Below, in pieces: positions 1 through 18,329 of a DNA stretch of 64,000 bases. The translations under genes and the position numbers were made by a program. Below the pieces are notes generated by a model. It was not told where the DNA came from, made no database searches, and saw only the letters and a list, made by a program, of their open reading frames with translations. The stretch is from NCBI RefSeq assembly GCF_009914755.1, contig NC_060928.1. One strand, written 5' to 3'. Each line of letters starts with the position of its first letter. The stretch's first letter is position 1. This stretch comes from the human T2T-CHM13v2.0 reference genome, Homo sapiens.

Positions 1-14
1 TGGTTTATCATTAC

Positions 15-185
15 CTATTCTTTCCCTCACCAGCATGTGAGCATCTCAAGAGTGCAGTCTGTGTCATTCAGCCATATAGTCCCAGCACCTGCCATAGTGT
101 CTTGCAGACCACACCAGCATTGTCAGGATCAACATTTAAGATTTATTGAGATTACTCTGTACCAGGCATTGTACCAAGTGTTTAG
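15..185. mobile_element. Degenerate L2/MIR 3'-end fragments
   Basis: tcccagcacctgccatagtg and atttattgagattactctgtaccaggcattgt resemble the L2/MIR terminal motif in opposite orientations. Confidence 0.45.
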
Positions 186-704
186 AGAAACCCTAATGTT
201 AGGGAGAAAGCACCTTCTCTTTCTCCATGCTTCTGTCCATGGTGTAGTGCTTTTATCCTCTCTCCTCCTCCCCAGGTCAAATGGAATTACTTTTCTGATT
301 GGAAGATGCAGAAGACGAAGTTAAGCACACGTAGTTCAGCACCATCTTCATTGCTTTCTCATAGGAGAGTATTGTCTGCAATGAGCAGTTGCTTCTCCAT
401 GCCAAAAATGCCCCTGTGGCTGGGTGTGTCAGTCTTTCTAATTCTGGGGATTGCATTAAAAATCCCACTTTTCTGTTTTTGCAATATCAGTATTATCAGG
501 GTTTTAAAAAATGATATATTGGCCCTGCCTACTGACTCTTTTACTTTTCATTTGGTTCAAAATTCAGCTGGGGGAAGATGAGGGCTTTTTATTGGGTCCC
601 CACTTGAAGGTCCCAACCCTTATGAAGCCTGAAATATTATCCCACATAGTAAGTTCTCAATTAAAGTCAATTGAACTAAAAGAAAACTAAGTCTAATATA
701 TTTA

Positions 705-1070
705 TGAATCACAGTAGATAGCTTATGCTGTGGAATATATTAACATTGATATTTCATGACTTATAGACATTTGTTTCTTGCTCATACTACATGTCCCAGA
801 CATGATCCCCATAATAAAGACCTAATATATGGATGTACCACCATCTTGTCATTATGTCATTTCAGCACATGACTACAAGGTACTCCCAGCAAGAGAGAAA
901 CATTTGTAAGTTTACATCATCCTTTATTATTTCCAACTGGAAGTTGCACTTCCATTTATAGCCATTTGGCCAGAACAAGGAATATGGATCTGTGCTAACC
1001 ACAAGGAAAACTGAGAAACGTAGGAGGGCGTGTGGGATATTTAGCAAGCCTTAGGGTCTCTGCCACAACA
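705..1070 (-). mobile_element. Old MaLR LTR fragment (MLT1J/K/L-like)
   Basis: atttgtttcttgctcatactacatgtcc ... atttggccagaacaagg ... aaccacaaggaaaactgagaaa. Confidence 0.5.
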
Positions 1071-1138
1071 CTTGAACACCATGCAATAGTATGTCTGGAG
1101 ACAAGGAACTCTTGACTGAACTTCATGGTGAATGCCTC

Positions 1139-1854
<716 letters not shown>

Positions 1855-1974
1855 GTAAATGAGATGCATACTACGTGAAATCAGACAGATAGAAAGGGGG
1901 AGGTCAGGCATCATGTACAGAAAAAGGTCAAGCAAGTGGGACTGGAGGGATCCCCTATCCACTTCTCAACCTGA

Positions 1975-2110
1975 ACACTCAGTTTCCTTATTTATAAAAT
2001 CAAGATAATATTTCCTTCTCCATGGGGTATTGTGAAGATTGAATAAGATAAAATATATAGACTGCCAAGCACAGTATCTGGCTTTTGGTAAGTTTTCAAG
2101 AAATAATACT
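1975..2110 (+). mobile_element. MIR
   Basis: ctcagtttccttatttataaaat ... tattgtgaagattgaataagata ... agcacagtatctggc (MIR core and tail). Confidence 0.75.
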
Positions 2111-2509
2111 TCCTGTCCCCTTGTTGACTGAAAGATTGCATCACAACCCCTTTGATTTCCACTAAATACATATTCCTAACGATATGAGGGTTTTCCCTAA
2201 AATTATTTTTCAGAACAAAGGAAGCTGCCTTATTTTCATGAGTTTACAATAGATCTCATATAAAAAGAGTTTTTCTAATTATCTGGACCAATGAACTATT
2301 TGTCAAGATATATTTGCCTGAAATGTACTCAATGTTGATTTTCAAAGTGATAGAGGTTACTGCTTGACAGCACTGGGTTTTTAAAAGGAAGAAAAGGAAT
2401 TTAACACAGATTTAGTAATTATTTCTGGGGTTAAAGAGTATGATTTCCAGATAGAAGCACTGCTTATCGTTTTAAACAAGCCTTTCAAAAATGATTTTAA
2501 ATACCAATT

Positions 2510-2862
2510 TAAATAAAAATACATGAAATACTGATACACGCTATAACATAGATGAACCTTGAAAACATAATGCTAAGTGAAAGCACCAGTCACAAGGAAA
2601 CATATTGTACAATTATGTTTATATCAAATGTTCAGAACAGGCAAATTCATGGAGATAAAAAGCAGATCAGTGCTTGATGAGGGCTGAGGGATTGGGAGTA
2701 ATTATACAGCGACCACTAACAGATGTGGACTTGGAAGGTGACAATATGTGCTAAAGTTGAGCGTGATCATGGCTGCATAGCTCTGTGAATATACTAAAAC
2801 CACTGACTTGTACACACTGAAATTGTATGGCATGTGAATTATATCTCAATCAAGTTACTACA
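2510..2862 (+). mobile_element. L1MB-type 3' end
   Basis: gatgaaccttgaaaacataatgctaagtgaaag ... tgtgaattatatctcaat. Confidence 0.85.
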
Positions 2863-2963
2863 AAAACCAATTTAGTAACTAGTTGCTGTGTAAATATTAC
2901 ACAGAAAGAATGAAAGAAAACTATGACAACAGGTATCTATAGCTTGGAATAAAATGTACAGCG

Positions 2964-3375
<412 letters not shown>

Positions 3376-3944
3376 CTAGCAATGACCAAAAAAGTAACAG
3401 CAAAGAGTTACTTTGTGGAATTGAATACAGTTCTTTCATGAAATGTGACATAGGAAAAAATATTTTTAAACTAACATATCATTTTATATAATATTGTTCA
3501 TATTATACTCTATCACGTATATTAATATAGTATTTAAAATATGTAACTAAATTAATAATGTGAACATTATAAGTAGACTTCAGGCCATGTCTTCAATACC
3601 CCTAAAGTGTATTTAATCAGATTGACCACAAATTTTTAGAAGATTTTTGTACTAGATAAAAGGAATTTCAGCTGAGAGTAGTAACACCTTAAAATCCTGA
3701 AGTTATGTAGAAAACTAGGGAGACTTCATTGTCCTGCAGACTCCTGCTAGTCCTATTGGCCACACTATTTTCTACATCTTGAGATTTGGGCCTTGCCCAG
3801 GTTCAAGCCTGAGCTAGAGAGAACATTTCTTAAAGGTAGAAAATGCTTCATTCCATAGTGTAGAGTAGTGCATGACATAAGTAGGCACTATTAAAACACA
3901 GTTCTTCAAAACCTGTTACACAAATTGCCAGTTTTCCTTCTTGA

Positions 3945-4310
3945 AAACTTGCGACAACATAGAGGACATTATGCTAAGTGAAATAGCCATACACATAAAG
4001 ATAAAATACTGCATGGTCTCATTTAAGTATAGGATCTAAAAAATTCAAACTCACGGAAGCAGAGAGTACAACAGTGGTTACCAGGGGTTAAAGGTGAAGG
4101 AAATGGGGAGGTACTGATCAAAGAGGACAAACTTTCATTTAAAAGATGAACAAGTTCTGGAAAGCTAATGTGTATCATGAGTGGTGATCAACGTGTTAGC
4201 CCTAATTTGATTGTGGAAATCATTATGCACCATTATATGTGTACCTAACCAATTTGTTGTATACCTTGAATATAGTCAATCTTTAGTTGTTAACTGAATA
4301 CTTAAAAAAT
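3945..4310 (+). mobile_element. L1MA/MB 3' end
   Basis: gaggacattatgctaagtgaaatagcc ... gaagcagagagtacaacagtggttaccagggg ... aagttctgga. Confidence 0.8.
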
Positions 4311-4420
4311 TTTTTAAGTATTACATATATGAATACTGATCGTAAAGTATAAAACTCCTCCATGCTGTAATTGTGCAAATGAAAACGAAATGACCAAATA
4401 TCTGACAGCAATTCTGTAGT

Positions 4421-4805
4421 CCAATGTTTTTAAACTGCAGCTTGCAATACACTAGTGAGACATGAAATCAATTTAGGATGTACCTAACAGCATTAATACA
4501 TATCATATATATATATATTATATATATGATATAACACATATCATATATACATATCACATACCTACCTATATGATCAGAATACAGTAAAATGGAAGAAATT
4601 ATAATAAAATGAATAATAATCAGTTATCAGTAGACAGAATAAAAGTAAAGCTATTGGTATACATTGTATATAGTAAGGGCATTTTGAACTTTTTTCACAA
4701 ATTTGTTTGTGTGTAAGGCTGCACATGCAAGACATGTTCTTGGTTGTGGTGTAAAATGTATTTTTTACTATGATTTGCAGTTTAGGAATCATTGAAGCAC
4801 ACTGT
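4421..4805. mobile_element. hAT-Charlie-type DNA transposon relic with an internal TA-rich stretch
   Basis: caatgtttttaaactgcag ... catgaaatcaatttag at one end and ttgaagcacactg at the other (degenerate TIRs). Confidence 0.5.
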
Positions 4806-6166
4806 GGTAGAACAAATTTCTGCATTCAGTGGGTGGGAAAGTTGGCTATAATAACCCCTATATTTTCACCCAATTCTTGGTTGAGGATGCTGGAATTCTT
4901 AGCATTGCGAGGAAGAAAAATTGTTGGCCTCTTCCAAGACCAAGCTCAGAATTGCTGAAACGCACATCGAAGACCCATGTCCCCCAGCCATTTAGTAATT
5001 GCAAACACATTTCAAGCTGATGAACAGTGTTCAACAGCTCCAATGAAAAGTCAACGGAGAAACGAAATCCAAAAACTCTTCCACTGCTGTTAACAGGGAA
5101 GCATTCCAGTGGTTTAAATCACAAATCTAATGAATGTAAATGGCCAGCATATTTAAATTTCTGGACAGAGCAGCCTTGTAATCAGTACATTTCTTACCCT
5201 CAGTTCCTCTTAGGAACCCTCGTTTGCCTCATTTGTGCTAATAAAATCCTCAGTAGTAGGTCTCTTACCACTGATAATATTTTCAACAAGGCACTGGTGC
5301 CAACTTTGGGTCTGGAGTACAGCAATACAACTGGAGACATGAGTACAATCTGACCACAGAGCATTGGAACACCTCTTAAAAATTCCAAAACAAGTTTTAA
5401 AAAAATGAATCAGAGTTTTTTCCTCTTAAAACATGAAATGTCACCACTTCGCAAGAAGCTGTATGAGCCGTATATAATTATAAACATATTTCGCTTTTTT
5501 TGGAGTAAAGTGACTGAAACTGGAACAATCTGGTTAGGTCATTAACTCTACAACTGTTCAACTCACAAGTGCAATGGTCCAACTTCAAAATAAGTTAACA
5601 TTTCCTGAGTATAAACTCTGTGCCAGGCATAGTGGTAAGCTCTATGGGTTGGCTGAAAAATATATCAGGTATAGTTCCTGCTATGAAAGTCTCGAGGATG
5701 TACAATTTAATAGTGGAAATGGATTGTACCCAAGTAAAAAAACAACACAGAGGGCAGGCTATGGTAAGAATTCAACTTTTCTAGGTAAAAACTTTTTCAG
5801 ATGAGATGAAAGTTATAGACTTTTCACCAGAAAAAAATGCATATTTACATAAACACCCCACTGCCAATGCATTTGCTAACCATTTAATTCTATAAGTGCA
5901 CTCTAGGTTTCAAACATTTAAATTAAGAGTTCAATGAAAATTTCATGGAAGAGTAAAGAATGAATTCACAAAAGAAGCTTTCTTAACCAACCTCTTCTTT
6001 ACCAACTCAACGGCTTAACTAGCATTCTTCATTTCCTTAAAAAAAGAAAATACCAACAGGTGCCAAGATATACTGATTGTTCCCTCTTCATAAGCTTCTC
6101 CCTATATATACTTCTACTCCTATCATTTGAGGTTTACACTGACCAGTGGTCAGTGGTGTTTGCTCC

Positions 6167-6570
6167 TGTCTTAGTCTGCTTGGGCTTCCACACAAAATAC
6201 CATAAGCTGTCTGGCTTAAACAACAGAAAGTTATTTTCTCACAGTTCTGGAGGCAAGAATTGTAAGACCAATGTTCTGGCCAATTTGGTTTCTGGTGTGG
6301 CCCCTCTTCCTGGACTTAGACAGCCGCCCTCTCACTATGTCCTCACATGGCTTTTCCTTGGTGTGTGTGTGTACTCGCAGAGAGAGAGACAGAGAGAGCA
6401 GACTCTGATGTCTCTTCTTATAAGGACACTAACCCCTATTGGATTTGTGTCCTACCTTTAATTTAACATTGATTAATTCACTGGAGGCTCCATCTCCAAA
6501 TGCAGCCACTCTGGGAATTAGGATTCCAACACATGAATTTTGAGTGGAACACAAACATTCACTTACAGCA
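6167..6570 (-). mobile_element. MLT1A/A0 solo LTR
   Basis: TG...CA ends; ggcttaaacaacagaaagttattttctcacagttctggagg; near-TSD gctcc/gcttc. Confidence 0.85.
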
Positions 6571-6649
6571 GCTTCCGAACCTGATTTACACTGGCAGTTA
6601 TGCAATTTGCTCAACAGAATGTGCATCAAGGTAAAACAAGTATGGGCTC

Positions 6650-7144
6650 TCTGGTAGGCAGAGTAATAGTCTCCCAAAGATGCTCCCATCTTCATCCTTG
6701 GTAACAGCGAATATGTTAGATTACATGATAAAGGGAAATTAAGTTTGCAGATAGAATTAAGGTTGCTAATTCTTTGCTTTTAGGATAGGAAGATTATCCT
6801 GAATTATTTAGGTGAGCCAATGCAATCGCAAGCACCCTTAAAAGTGGAAGAGCCTGGAAAAAGGTAGCTAAAGAACTAGAGGGACGGCAGCATGAGAAGG
6901 AATCAGCCTGACTTTGCCGGCTCTAAAGATGGAGGAAGCGAGACTTAAGCCAAAGAAAGCTGACGGCAAGGAAATGTATTTTCCCCTAGAGCTTCCAGAA
7001 AGTAACCTAGTCCAACCTTCATTTGAGTCCAGTGAGAATTGTGTTGGACTTTTAACCCACAGATTTGTAACATAATAACTGTGTGTTGTTTTAAGCCACT
7101 AAATTCGTGGTAATTTGTTATTGCAACAATAGAGAACTCAAATA
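6650..7144 (+). mobile_element. MLT1D solo LTR
   Basis: tggtaggcagagtaatagtctcccaaagatg ... ttaaggttgctaat ... ttaagccactaaattcgtggtaatttgtta. Confidence 0.85.
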
Positions 7145-7409
7145 GGATTTTTTTTTTCATAAGAAGTAAGTGGAATGTTTGGAAAAAGTTGATAACAAGT
7201 GAAATTAAACTAAATATCCGCTGCTATGTTAGGCATGGCAAGATTCATTTTAAATTAATGGTGGAAAGAATATAAAAACTAACATGTCTTCACTAAAATT
7301 ATTTTACCAGCATCAGAGTCTAAAGAAACAAAACTGAATGTCACTTATGGTACATTATGGATATGATTTATTGTATTTTCCAGAGCTCTTGAGAGAAGTT
7401 GAACCAATA

Positions 7410-7485
7410 AGATATATATGTATATATATACACACACACACACACACACATATAGATAGATAGATCCATATATTCCAATAGGAGC

Positions 7486-7534
<49 letters not shown>

Positions 7535-7537
7535 ACA
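7410..7537. repeat. Compound (TA)n/(CA)n microsatellites
   Basis: Two CA runs plus TA/GATA runs, seen directly. Confidence 0.95.
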
Positions 7538-7538
7538 T

Positions 7539-7968
7539 TGATATGGTTTGGATTTGTATCCCTGCCCAAACCTCATGTCAAATTGTAATCCCAAGTGTTG
7601 GAGGTGGGGCCTGGTGGGAGGTGATTGGATCGTGGAGGTGGTTCTTCATGAATGGTTTACTGCCATCTCCTTGGTGCTGTTCTTGTGATAGTGAATGAGT
7701 GAGTTATTGTGAGATCTGGTTGTTTAAAAGTGTGTAACACCTCCCTGCTCCCTCTCTTGCTCCTGGTCTGGCTGTGTAAGATGTGCCTGCTTTCCCTTCA
7801 TCTTCTGCCATGCTTGTAAGTTTCCTGATGCCTTCCCAGAAGCTGAGCAGATGCCAACACCACACTTCCTGTATAGTCTGTGGAACTGTGAACCAATTAA
7901 ACCTTTTCTCTTTAAAAATTACCAGTCTCCGTTATTTCCTTATAGCAGTGCAAGAACTGAATAATACA
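7539..7968 (+). mobile_element. MSTA solo LTR
   Basis: tgatatggtttggatttgtatccctgcccaaacctcatg ... agaagctgagcagatgcc ... taataca. Confidence 0.9.
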
Positions 7969-9367
7969 TATATGTAATATACACACACATATATGTATAT
8001 ACATATGTATTAGTATATAGATGTATTATGTATATATGTGTGTATGTATATGTATATGTATAGTTTATGACAAGGTTACAAGGTTACAAGCTCATAAAAT
8101 TAGGGAAGCTGAGAAATCCTTCAACTTGCTAGTCTACAAGGTAAAAACCCAGGAAAACCACAAAACCAGTGATATAATTCAGTCAGAGTCTGAAAGCCTG
8201 TGAACCAGGGAAGCCAGTGGTGTAAATTCCCATTGGAGGGCCAGAGAAGAAGAGATGAAATGTCCAGCTCCAGCAGGCAGGGAGGAAGCAAAAAGGGCAA
8301 ATTCCCTCTTCCTTCATTTTTTGTTCTATTCAGGACCTCAAAGCACTGGATGATGTCCACCTACACTGGGAAGGGTAATCTACTTTACTGGATCTACTGA
8401 TTCAAATGCTAATCTCATCTGGAAAAACCCTTATAGATACACCCAGAAATAATATTTAATCTGGGCACCATGTGTTGCAGGCAAGTTGACACATGCAATT
8501 AACCATCACATTGATAAAAGAAAGGCAAAGTCTACTCCTTTGTAGACTTTGCCATGTTCAAAGAAAAGGTGTTAGCCCTACCTAAAAAGATTGGTAAATG
8601 GACATATATTTATATACGTTAGGTTAAATGAATAAGGGAGAAATACATTTTTGTATTTGTGAGTTCTTACATTAACAGATTTTATTTGCTTAAACAACCA
8701 GCTATCCATCCTGATCATGTTGAATAAAAAGGCTTTCCTCTAACCACATTTTCTCATGTGGACAACTCAAAAGTGAGGAAATAATGATATTTTTATAGGA
8801 TCACTCAATCGAGACCATCAGTGGGCTGAGCTAAGTTGGTTTGTGTCTCTTTGATGACAGTTTATGATTCAGCAAATTCAAGAGATATTCATGGGTTACC
8901 TGCACAGTGCCTGGTAACTGGCTTCGCACCAACAGTACAGGAAAAATAATTATATAAATGTCTCCTTTCCTTGTGGCGATGTCTTTTTGAGTGCAGTAGG
9001 AAGAATTAATTGGGGTTGGGGGAGCATGTCACAGGGGCCAGCTGATGGGGCGGAGTCCTGGTCTTGGAGGCAGGGGTGGAGAGGCAGGGCTTGTTAAGAA
9101 ATATCAGTCCTGTGACAGCAGGTGTTGTGGGAAGACACAGGCGACTCCTGAAGCTTTTCTTGAAGCAGTTTGCTGTGATCCCCTACAGAGACTGATTACC
9201 CCTGGTTCAGTTCTGAAGAAAATGCCTCTAGGATCTTCATGTCAAGAAAACTTTAAATGGGGGCTGAAAGATGTAGAATTAGACTGTTAATAAAGAAACA
9301 AGCAAATGTATCTCTATCGAAGGCTTTCAGTCCTCTCTTAGGGCACAAATAAGGACCATTTCATTTC

Positions 9368-9480
9368 ATCCAATATGAAAGGCACACCCAAGCAAACAGT
9401 CAGGGAGGGAAAAACTTGGAGGAAATAGACATTATACAGGAGAAGAAAAAACACGTATCAACAAAAATATTAAAAGAAAA
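9368..9480 (+). repeat. Direct duplicate of 10400-10510 (~110 bp, ~85% identical)
   Basis: Both read atccaatatgaa.gg.aca.ccaagcaaaca.tcagggagggaaaaacttg.aggaaataga... Confidence 0.9.
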
Positions 9481-9749
9481 CGATACATTTTCCCCTTTCT
9501 TTTGAAATGAATAATGTTATTTTTTCTACCTGCCAGTGTTCTCATGATATTTATGCCTGACTTAAATGTGGAGACTAAAACCCTTACCCAAGTGTGACTA
9601 GAGGGAAACAGTACAATGTAATAGAATTCTCTGATTAAAAAATGGTTGGCTTAATGCACTCAAACCTGTGTTAGCCTGTGTTCCCCTTTGAACCCTAATA
9701 AAATGAAAATAACTGCATTTTTGGAGCACATAAGCCCACAAGGACAAAG

Positions 9750-10510
9750 AGAACGAAAGAGAAAAGAGGAGGCATCTCAATAATATTTTGGAAGATAGAA
9801 AGAAGAAAGATTGGGTGACTGGCTTAAAAGACTCTAATATCGAGTCCTAAGAAGGCAAAGAAAGAAAAGGTGAGTCAACCAGGTTTACATTATGGAAAAT
9901 GTGAATTACCATAAAGCCTCAGGAATTTACATTGCCATGTCCTTCTCACAGCAAGGGAAATGTGGGCTGAAAACAGGACTAATTGAAGATTTGTTTAAAG
10001 AACTCCCACATCCCTTTCTTTGTCATCTCACGGGCATACAACTGGTGGAGGAGTCTCTGAAGGAGGTAAAATGGAGAATCTGTGATACCAGAAAAACACA
10101 ATACCACATTAAAAGCTGGGGCATTAAATAAAAGTGTTTACACCAAATATTGAGATCCTCAGCCAAGCTTGCATTTTCCAGACTAAAAGATTGAAATATT
10201 TTTTCAAAGGAATTTGATCAGCTCAAAATAGAGAGACACAAAAAGAGACAGAAATTTGAAATTCTTCAGGGAAAATGCTTAGCCAGATAGCCCTTTAGTG
10301 AAGTCCACAGGAAACAAGCCCTACAAGCACACAGATTTTTAGTCCCCAAATCTTAAAATGTCTGCAGACAACTAGGAATCATCAGATATTTAGAAAATTA
10401 TCCAATATGAATGGTACATCCAAGCAAACAATCAGGGAGGGAAAAACTTGAAGGAAATAGAGATGATACAAGAAGAAAAAAATAATATCAATAAAAACAT
10501 TAAAAGGAAA
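9750..10510 (+). mobile_element. Very old L1/HAL1-like 5' region
   Basis: cagacaactaggaatcatcagatatttagaaaa ... resembles the ancient L1 5'/ORF1-start region. Confidence 0.4.
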
Positions 10511-13280
10511 GGAAACTACACATTAATATCCTCAGACACACAGACACAAAAATTTTCAGCAAAATATTAACAAATTGAATTCAACAGTAAATAGAATGGA
10601 TAATACCTTATGACCAACTGCAGTGCATTCCAAAAATGCAAGGGTGTTTTACCATTTGAAAATTATTCTATGTTACATGCCACATTAACAGACTAAATGA
10701 GAAAAGTTAGTCATCTCAATGCAGAATAATCATTTAACAAAATTCAAATCTCAGCAAAGTAGAAATAGAAGGTAATTTTCTTAACCTAATAAAGCATGTT
10801 CCTGTAAATATATTTGGAGAGAGAGATTGTGGAATAGTGAGAAACTGAATACTTTGCCTATAACATCAGAAACAAAAAATGGATATTCTTTCTCTCTGCT
10901 CACAGTTCAATATCATATTGGAAGTACCAGCCAGTACAATCAGGCATGTCAAAGAACAAAATATTTAATACATATCAAAAAGAAGAAACAAAACAATACC
11001 TATTTGCAGCTGAATGATTGGCTATGTAGAATATTTTCCCCAAACCTACAAAAAAACTCCTAGTTTAGGAATGTTTCACAAAATAAGGCCAATGTGCAAA
11101 ATCAAATCTATTACTATCTACCAGCAACTGGCAATTGGAATTTGAAGTAAAATAATAAATACCATATAAAACAGCATGAAAAATATAAAGTACTTAGATA
11201 TAAATCTAACCAAATATGTGCAGGATTTGTATGCTGAAAACTACAAAGCACTAATAAAAGAAATCAAAGAAGATATAAATAAATGGAAAGCTATCTGGTT
11301 TTCATAGATTTGAAGACTCAATATTGTTAAGAGGTAATTCTTCCAAATTTGATCTATAAATTGAATGCAATCACAATAAAAGTCCCAAGAGATTTTTTTA
11401 AAAGATGAATCTAAAAAATTTAAGCTAGTTCGAAAATTTATACAGAAAGACAAAGAAATAGATTAGCCAAAACAATTTGCAAAAAGAACTGAGTTGGAGG
11501 ACTCATATTACTCAGTTTTAACACTTACTACAAAGCTATCATAATAAAGACAGTGAGGTGTTAGTGAAAACATAACCATATAGATCAACAAAGCAGAATA
11601 GAGAGCCCAAAAATAAACCCACACAAATGTAGTGAACTGAATTCTGGCAAAGTGATAAAAATAAATCAATGAAGAAAGGATAGTCTTTTCAACAAATAGT
11701 GCTGGAACAACTGAATATTCATATAAAGTAATAAATCTCAACACACACCTTATCCCTTATACAACAATTAACACAAAATGAATCATAGACCTAAAGGTAA
11801 AATGTAAAATGTTAAAACTTCTGAAAGACTACATAGAAGAAAATTTGCATGATTTAGCTTTTGATAAGTTTTTAAATATAATACCAAAAACATAATCCAT
11901 AAAATTAAAAAATGATAAGTTGACATCAAAATTAAAAATATTTGCTCTTCAACAGACACTATTAAGTGAAAGTAAAGACAAATCACCAACTGAGAGAAAA
12001 CATTTGCTAATCATACTAATCACATATCCGATCATGGATTTGTATCCAGAAATCTTACACCTCAATAAGAATAAAACAAACAACCCAATTTAAAAGTAGA
12101 CCAAATAAGATATGAAAAGATGCTTTACCAAGAAAAAGATATTCAGAAGGCAAACAAGCATGTAATAAATGCACTCTATTATTTGTCATCAGAAAAACAC
12201 AAATTAAGACCACAATGAGATACCACTATATCCGTATATCAGTTAGAATCACTAATTTTTTAAATTATAATGAGAACATGTCAAAAAAAAAAAACCTAAA
12301 GGAGCTTTTAATAGCAAAAGCTGTAATAATTTGAGCACAAAATAGGCAACAATAGTCTTGGATTGTAACCCAAAGAATAAAATAAAGATCCATGAGTCCA
12401 TGCTAGTATAATTAAATAATCAAATAAACAAACAAATGAGGAGGAATTGACAAATCTTTACAAGAGAAACATTTCAGATTATAAATATGAAGCAATGTGG
12501 TAAATAAAAAATAACCATGAGCATACCACAGGAATAATTGCTACTGTCACGATCTACTGATAAATGCTAAAATAGTAGGAGAAACTTTAAAGAGCAATAA
12601 GATATTTAAATAGCCTCAAGATTTCTTATTTGTAATATTTAAATATTGTGATGGTTTTAACATGTACCTACACATTCCCCAACCCTTGAGTGTAGACTGG
12701 ACTTAGCGATCCACTTCTAATGAATCCAGTAAGAAAGGGGAAAAATTATAGCTTTTGAGTAGAGATATCTGGAACATACCACCTTAACCGTAACTTCTAC
12801 TGAAGTTAATATCATCAGTAAGAAGTCATGTTGATACCCACTGATAAGAAGATATAAGATGGGCATGTCAATTCTGTAATATTCTTGCCAAAATCCCAAA
12901 ACCCCATGTAATCATGAGAAAACTTCAGATAAATCCAAATAGAAGGGAATTCTGTAATATATAGCCAGTATGCTTCAAAATATCAAAGTAATAAAAAAAC
13001 AAGAAAAGACTGAGAATCTGTCACAGATTGGAGGAGGCAACATGGTATCCTATATTAAATTACGGAGGAGAAAAGCACTAGTGGAAAAACTGGTGAAACC
13101 TGAGTACCATGTTATAGTTTTAGCCAATAGTATTGTATCATTGTTAAATGTTTAGTTTTGATAAGTGCAGCATAATAGTGTAAGATGTTAACATCTTACA
13201 TATAACATAACAGTATATGGGAACTGTTTATGCTATTTTACAACTCATCTGTAAATCTAAAATTACTTCAAAATAAAAAA
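10510..13280 (+). mobile_element. L1M (MC/MD-like) ORF2 3' half and 3' UTR, degenerate
   Basis: ORF2 motifs (aaaatattaacaaattgaattcaacag, cacaatgagataccacta); 3' UTR aagatccatgagtccatgct ... tctgtaaatctaaaattacttcaaaataaaa. Confidence 0.85.
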
Positions 13281-13289
13281 TCAAAGTAT

Positions 13290-15750
<2,461 letters not shown>

Positions 15751-15759
15751 ATCTTAGGA

Positions 15760-16815
15760 GAAAAAAACTATTCTAAAATTCATGTGTAACCAAAAAAAAA
15801 AAGCTCAAATAGTCAAAACAATCCTAAGAGGAAAGAGCAAAGCCAGAGTCATCACATCACCTGACTTCAAACTATGCTGTACGGCCACAGTAATCAAAAC
15901 AGCATGGTACTGATACAAAAACAGACACATAGACGAAAAGAACAGAATAGAGAACCCATAAATAAAGCTGCACACCTACAGCCATCTGATCTTTGGCAAA
16001 GTCAACAAAGATAAGCAGTGGGGAAAGGGATCCTGATTCTATAATGGTGCTGGGATAGCTAGCAATATGCAGAATGAAACTAGACCCCTATCTTTCACCA
16101 TATGCAAAAATCTACCCAAGATGCATTAAAGAATTAAATGTAAGGCCTCAAACGATATGAATCCTAGAAGAAAACCTAGAAAACATCATTCCGGATGTGG
16201 GCTTTGTCCAGAATTTATGATTAAGTCCTAAAAAGCAATTGCAACAAAAACAAAAATTGATAAATAAGACCTAATTAAACTACTAAAGGGCTTTTTCACA
16301 GCAAAAGAAATTATCAACAGAGTAAATAGATGACCTACAGAATGAGAAAATATTGACAAACTATGCATCTAACAAAGGCCTAATATACAGAATCTATAAG
16401 GAATTTAAATAATTCAACAAGCAAAAAACAAATAACCCCATTAAAAAGTGGGCAAAGGACATGAACAGACAGACACTACTCTAAAGAAGACATACAAGTG
16501 GTCAACAAACATGGAAAAATGCTCAACATTGCTAATCAACAGAGAAATGCAAATCAAAGCCACAATGAGATACCACCTCACACCAGTTAGAATAGCTATT
16601 ACTAAAAAGACAAAAATTGACAGATGCTGGCAAGGCTACTGAGAAAAGGGAATGCTTATTACACACTGTTACTGGGAATGTAAATTAGTTCAGTCACTGT
16701 GGAAAGCAGCTTGGAGATTTCTCAAAAAACTTGGAACTACCATTCAACCCAGTAATCCCATTAACAGGTATATATCCAAAGGAAAATAAATTGTTCTACC
16801 AAAAAGACACATGCA
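15760..16815 (+). mobile_element. L1PA15/16-like ORF2 C-terminal fragment, 3' end missing
   Basis: cacacctacagccatctgatctttg; agttcagtcactgtggaaagcagcttggagatttctcaaa; ttgttctaccaaaaagacacatgca. Confidence 0.9.
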
Positions 16816-17830
<1,015 letters not shown>

Positions 17831-17879
17831 CAATAGTAATTTAGCATACATAGTTTTGATAAAAACAAAAATTAAAAAA

Positions 17880-18060
17880 CTTTAGAATGAGAACATGAAT
17901 TTTGGAATCAGACAGCCCCGAGTTTGAAATCTGTTTCCACTATTTTCTAGCTGTGTGGCCTTGACTGAGACACATAACATTTCCATGACTTAGATTTTTT
18001 GTCTGTAAAATGAGGAATAATCATATCTGTTTTATAGAATTGTCATGAAGATTGATGTGG
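17880..18060 (+). mobile_element. MIR
   Basis: tttggaatcagacagccccgagtttgaaatc ... tagctgtgtggccttg ... tctgtaaaatgaggaataat. Confidence 0.75.
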
Positions 18061-18329
18061 GCAAAAGTATAGTCATAGGGAACAAAATGATTAAAAACAA
18101 GAACGATTGTAGCTTAAAAAAAAAAAAAAAAGATTGTAGCCAATTCTGTATCTAAGGAGCAGGCGCTGAGGCCAAGGACTGGGGAAACAGAGGACACAAT
18201 TTAGGTCATCAGTGGCAAATGTCTCTATATAGGGAAGTAGAAAGAGAGATGGAAGAGTAAAGAGAAATGCAGAACAGATAGTTCTTCATTCACCAAAGCC
18301 TAAGTTGTGGTGGACAGTTGTCATTTTAC

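Larger units (their letters stand above)
7368..8510 (-). mobile_element. MLT2B (ERVL) LTR split by an MSTA LTR and microsatellites
   Basis: gaaccaataagatatatat ... gattcaaatgctaatctcatctggaaa ... caagttgacacatgcaattaaccatcaca. Confidence 0.8.

Noticed and set aside
250-430. Polypyrimidine/AG acceptor at ~274 and a REST half-site ttcagcacca at ~336
   Set aside because: Isolated motifs; no strong donor and no second RE1 half.
9011-9050. Possible G-quadruplex
   Set aside because: Long loops, no promoter context, common by chance.
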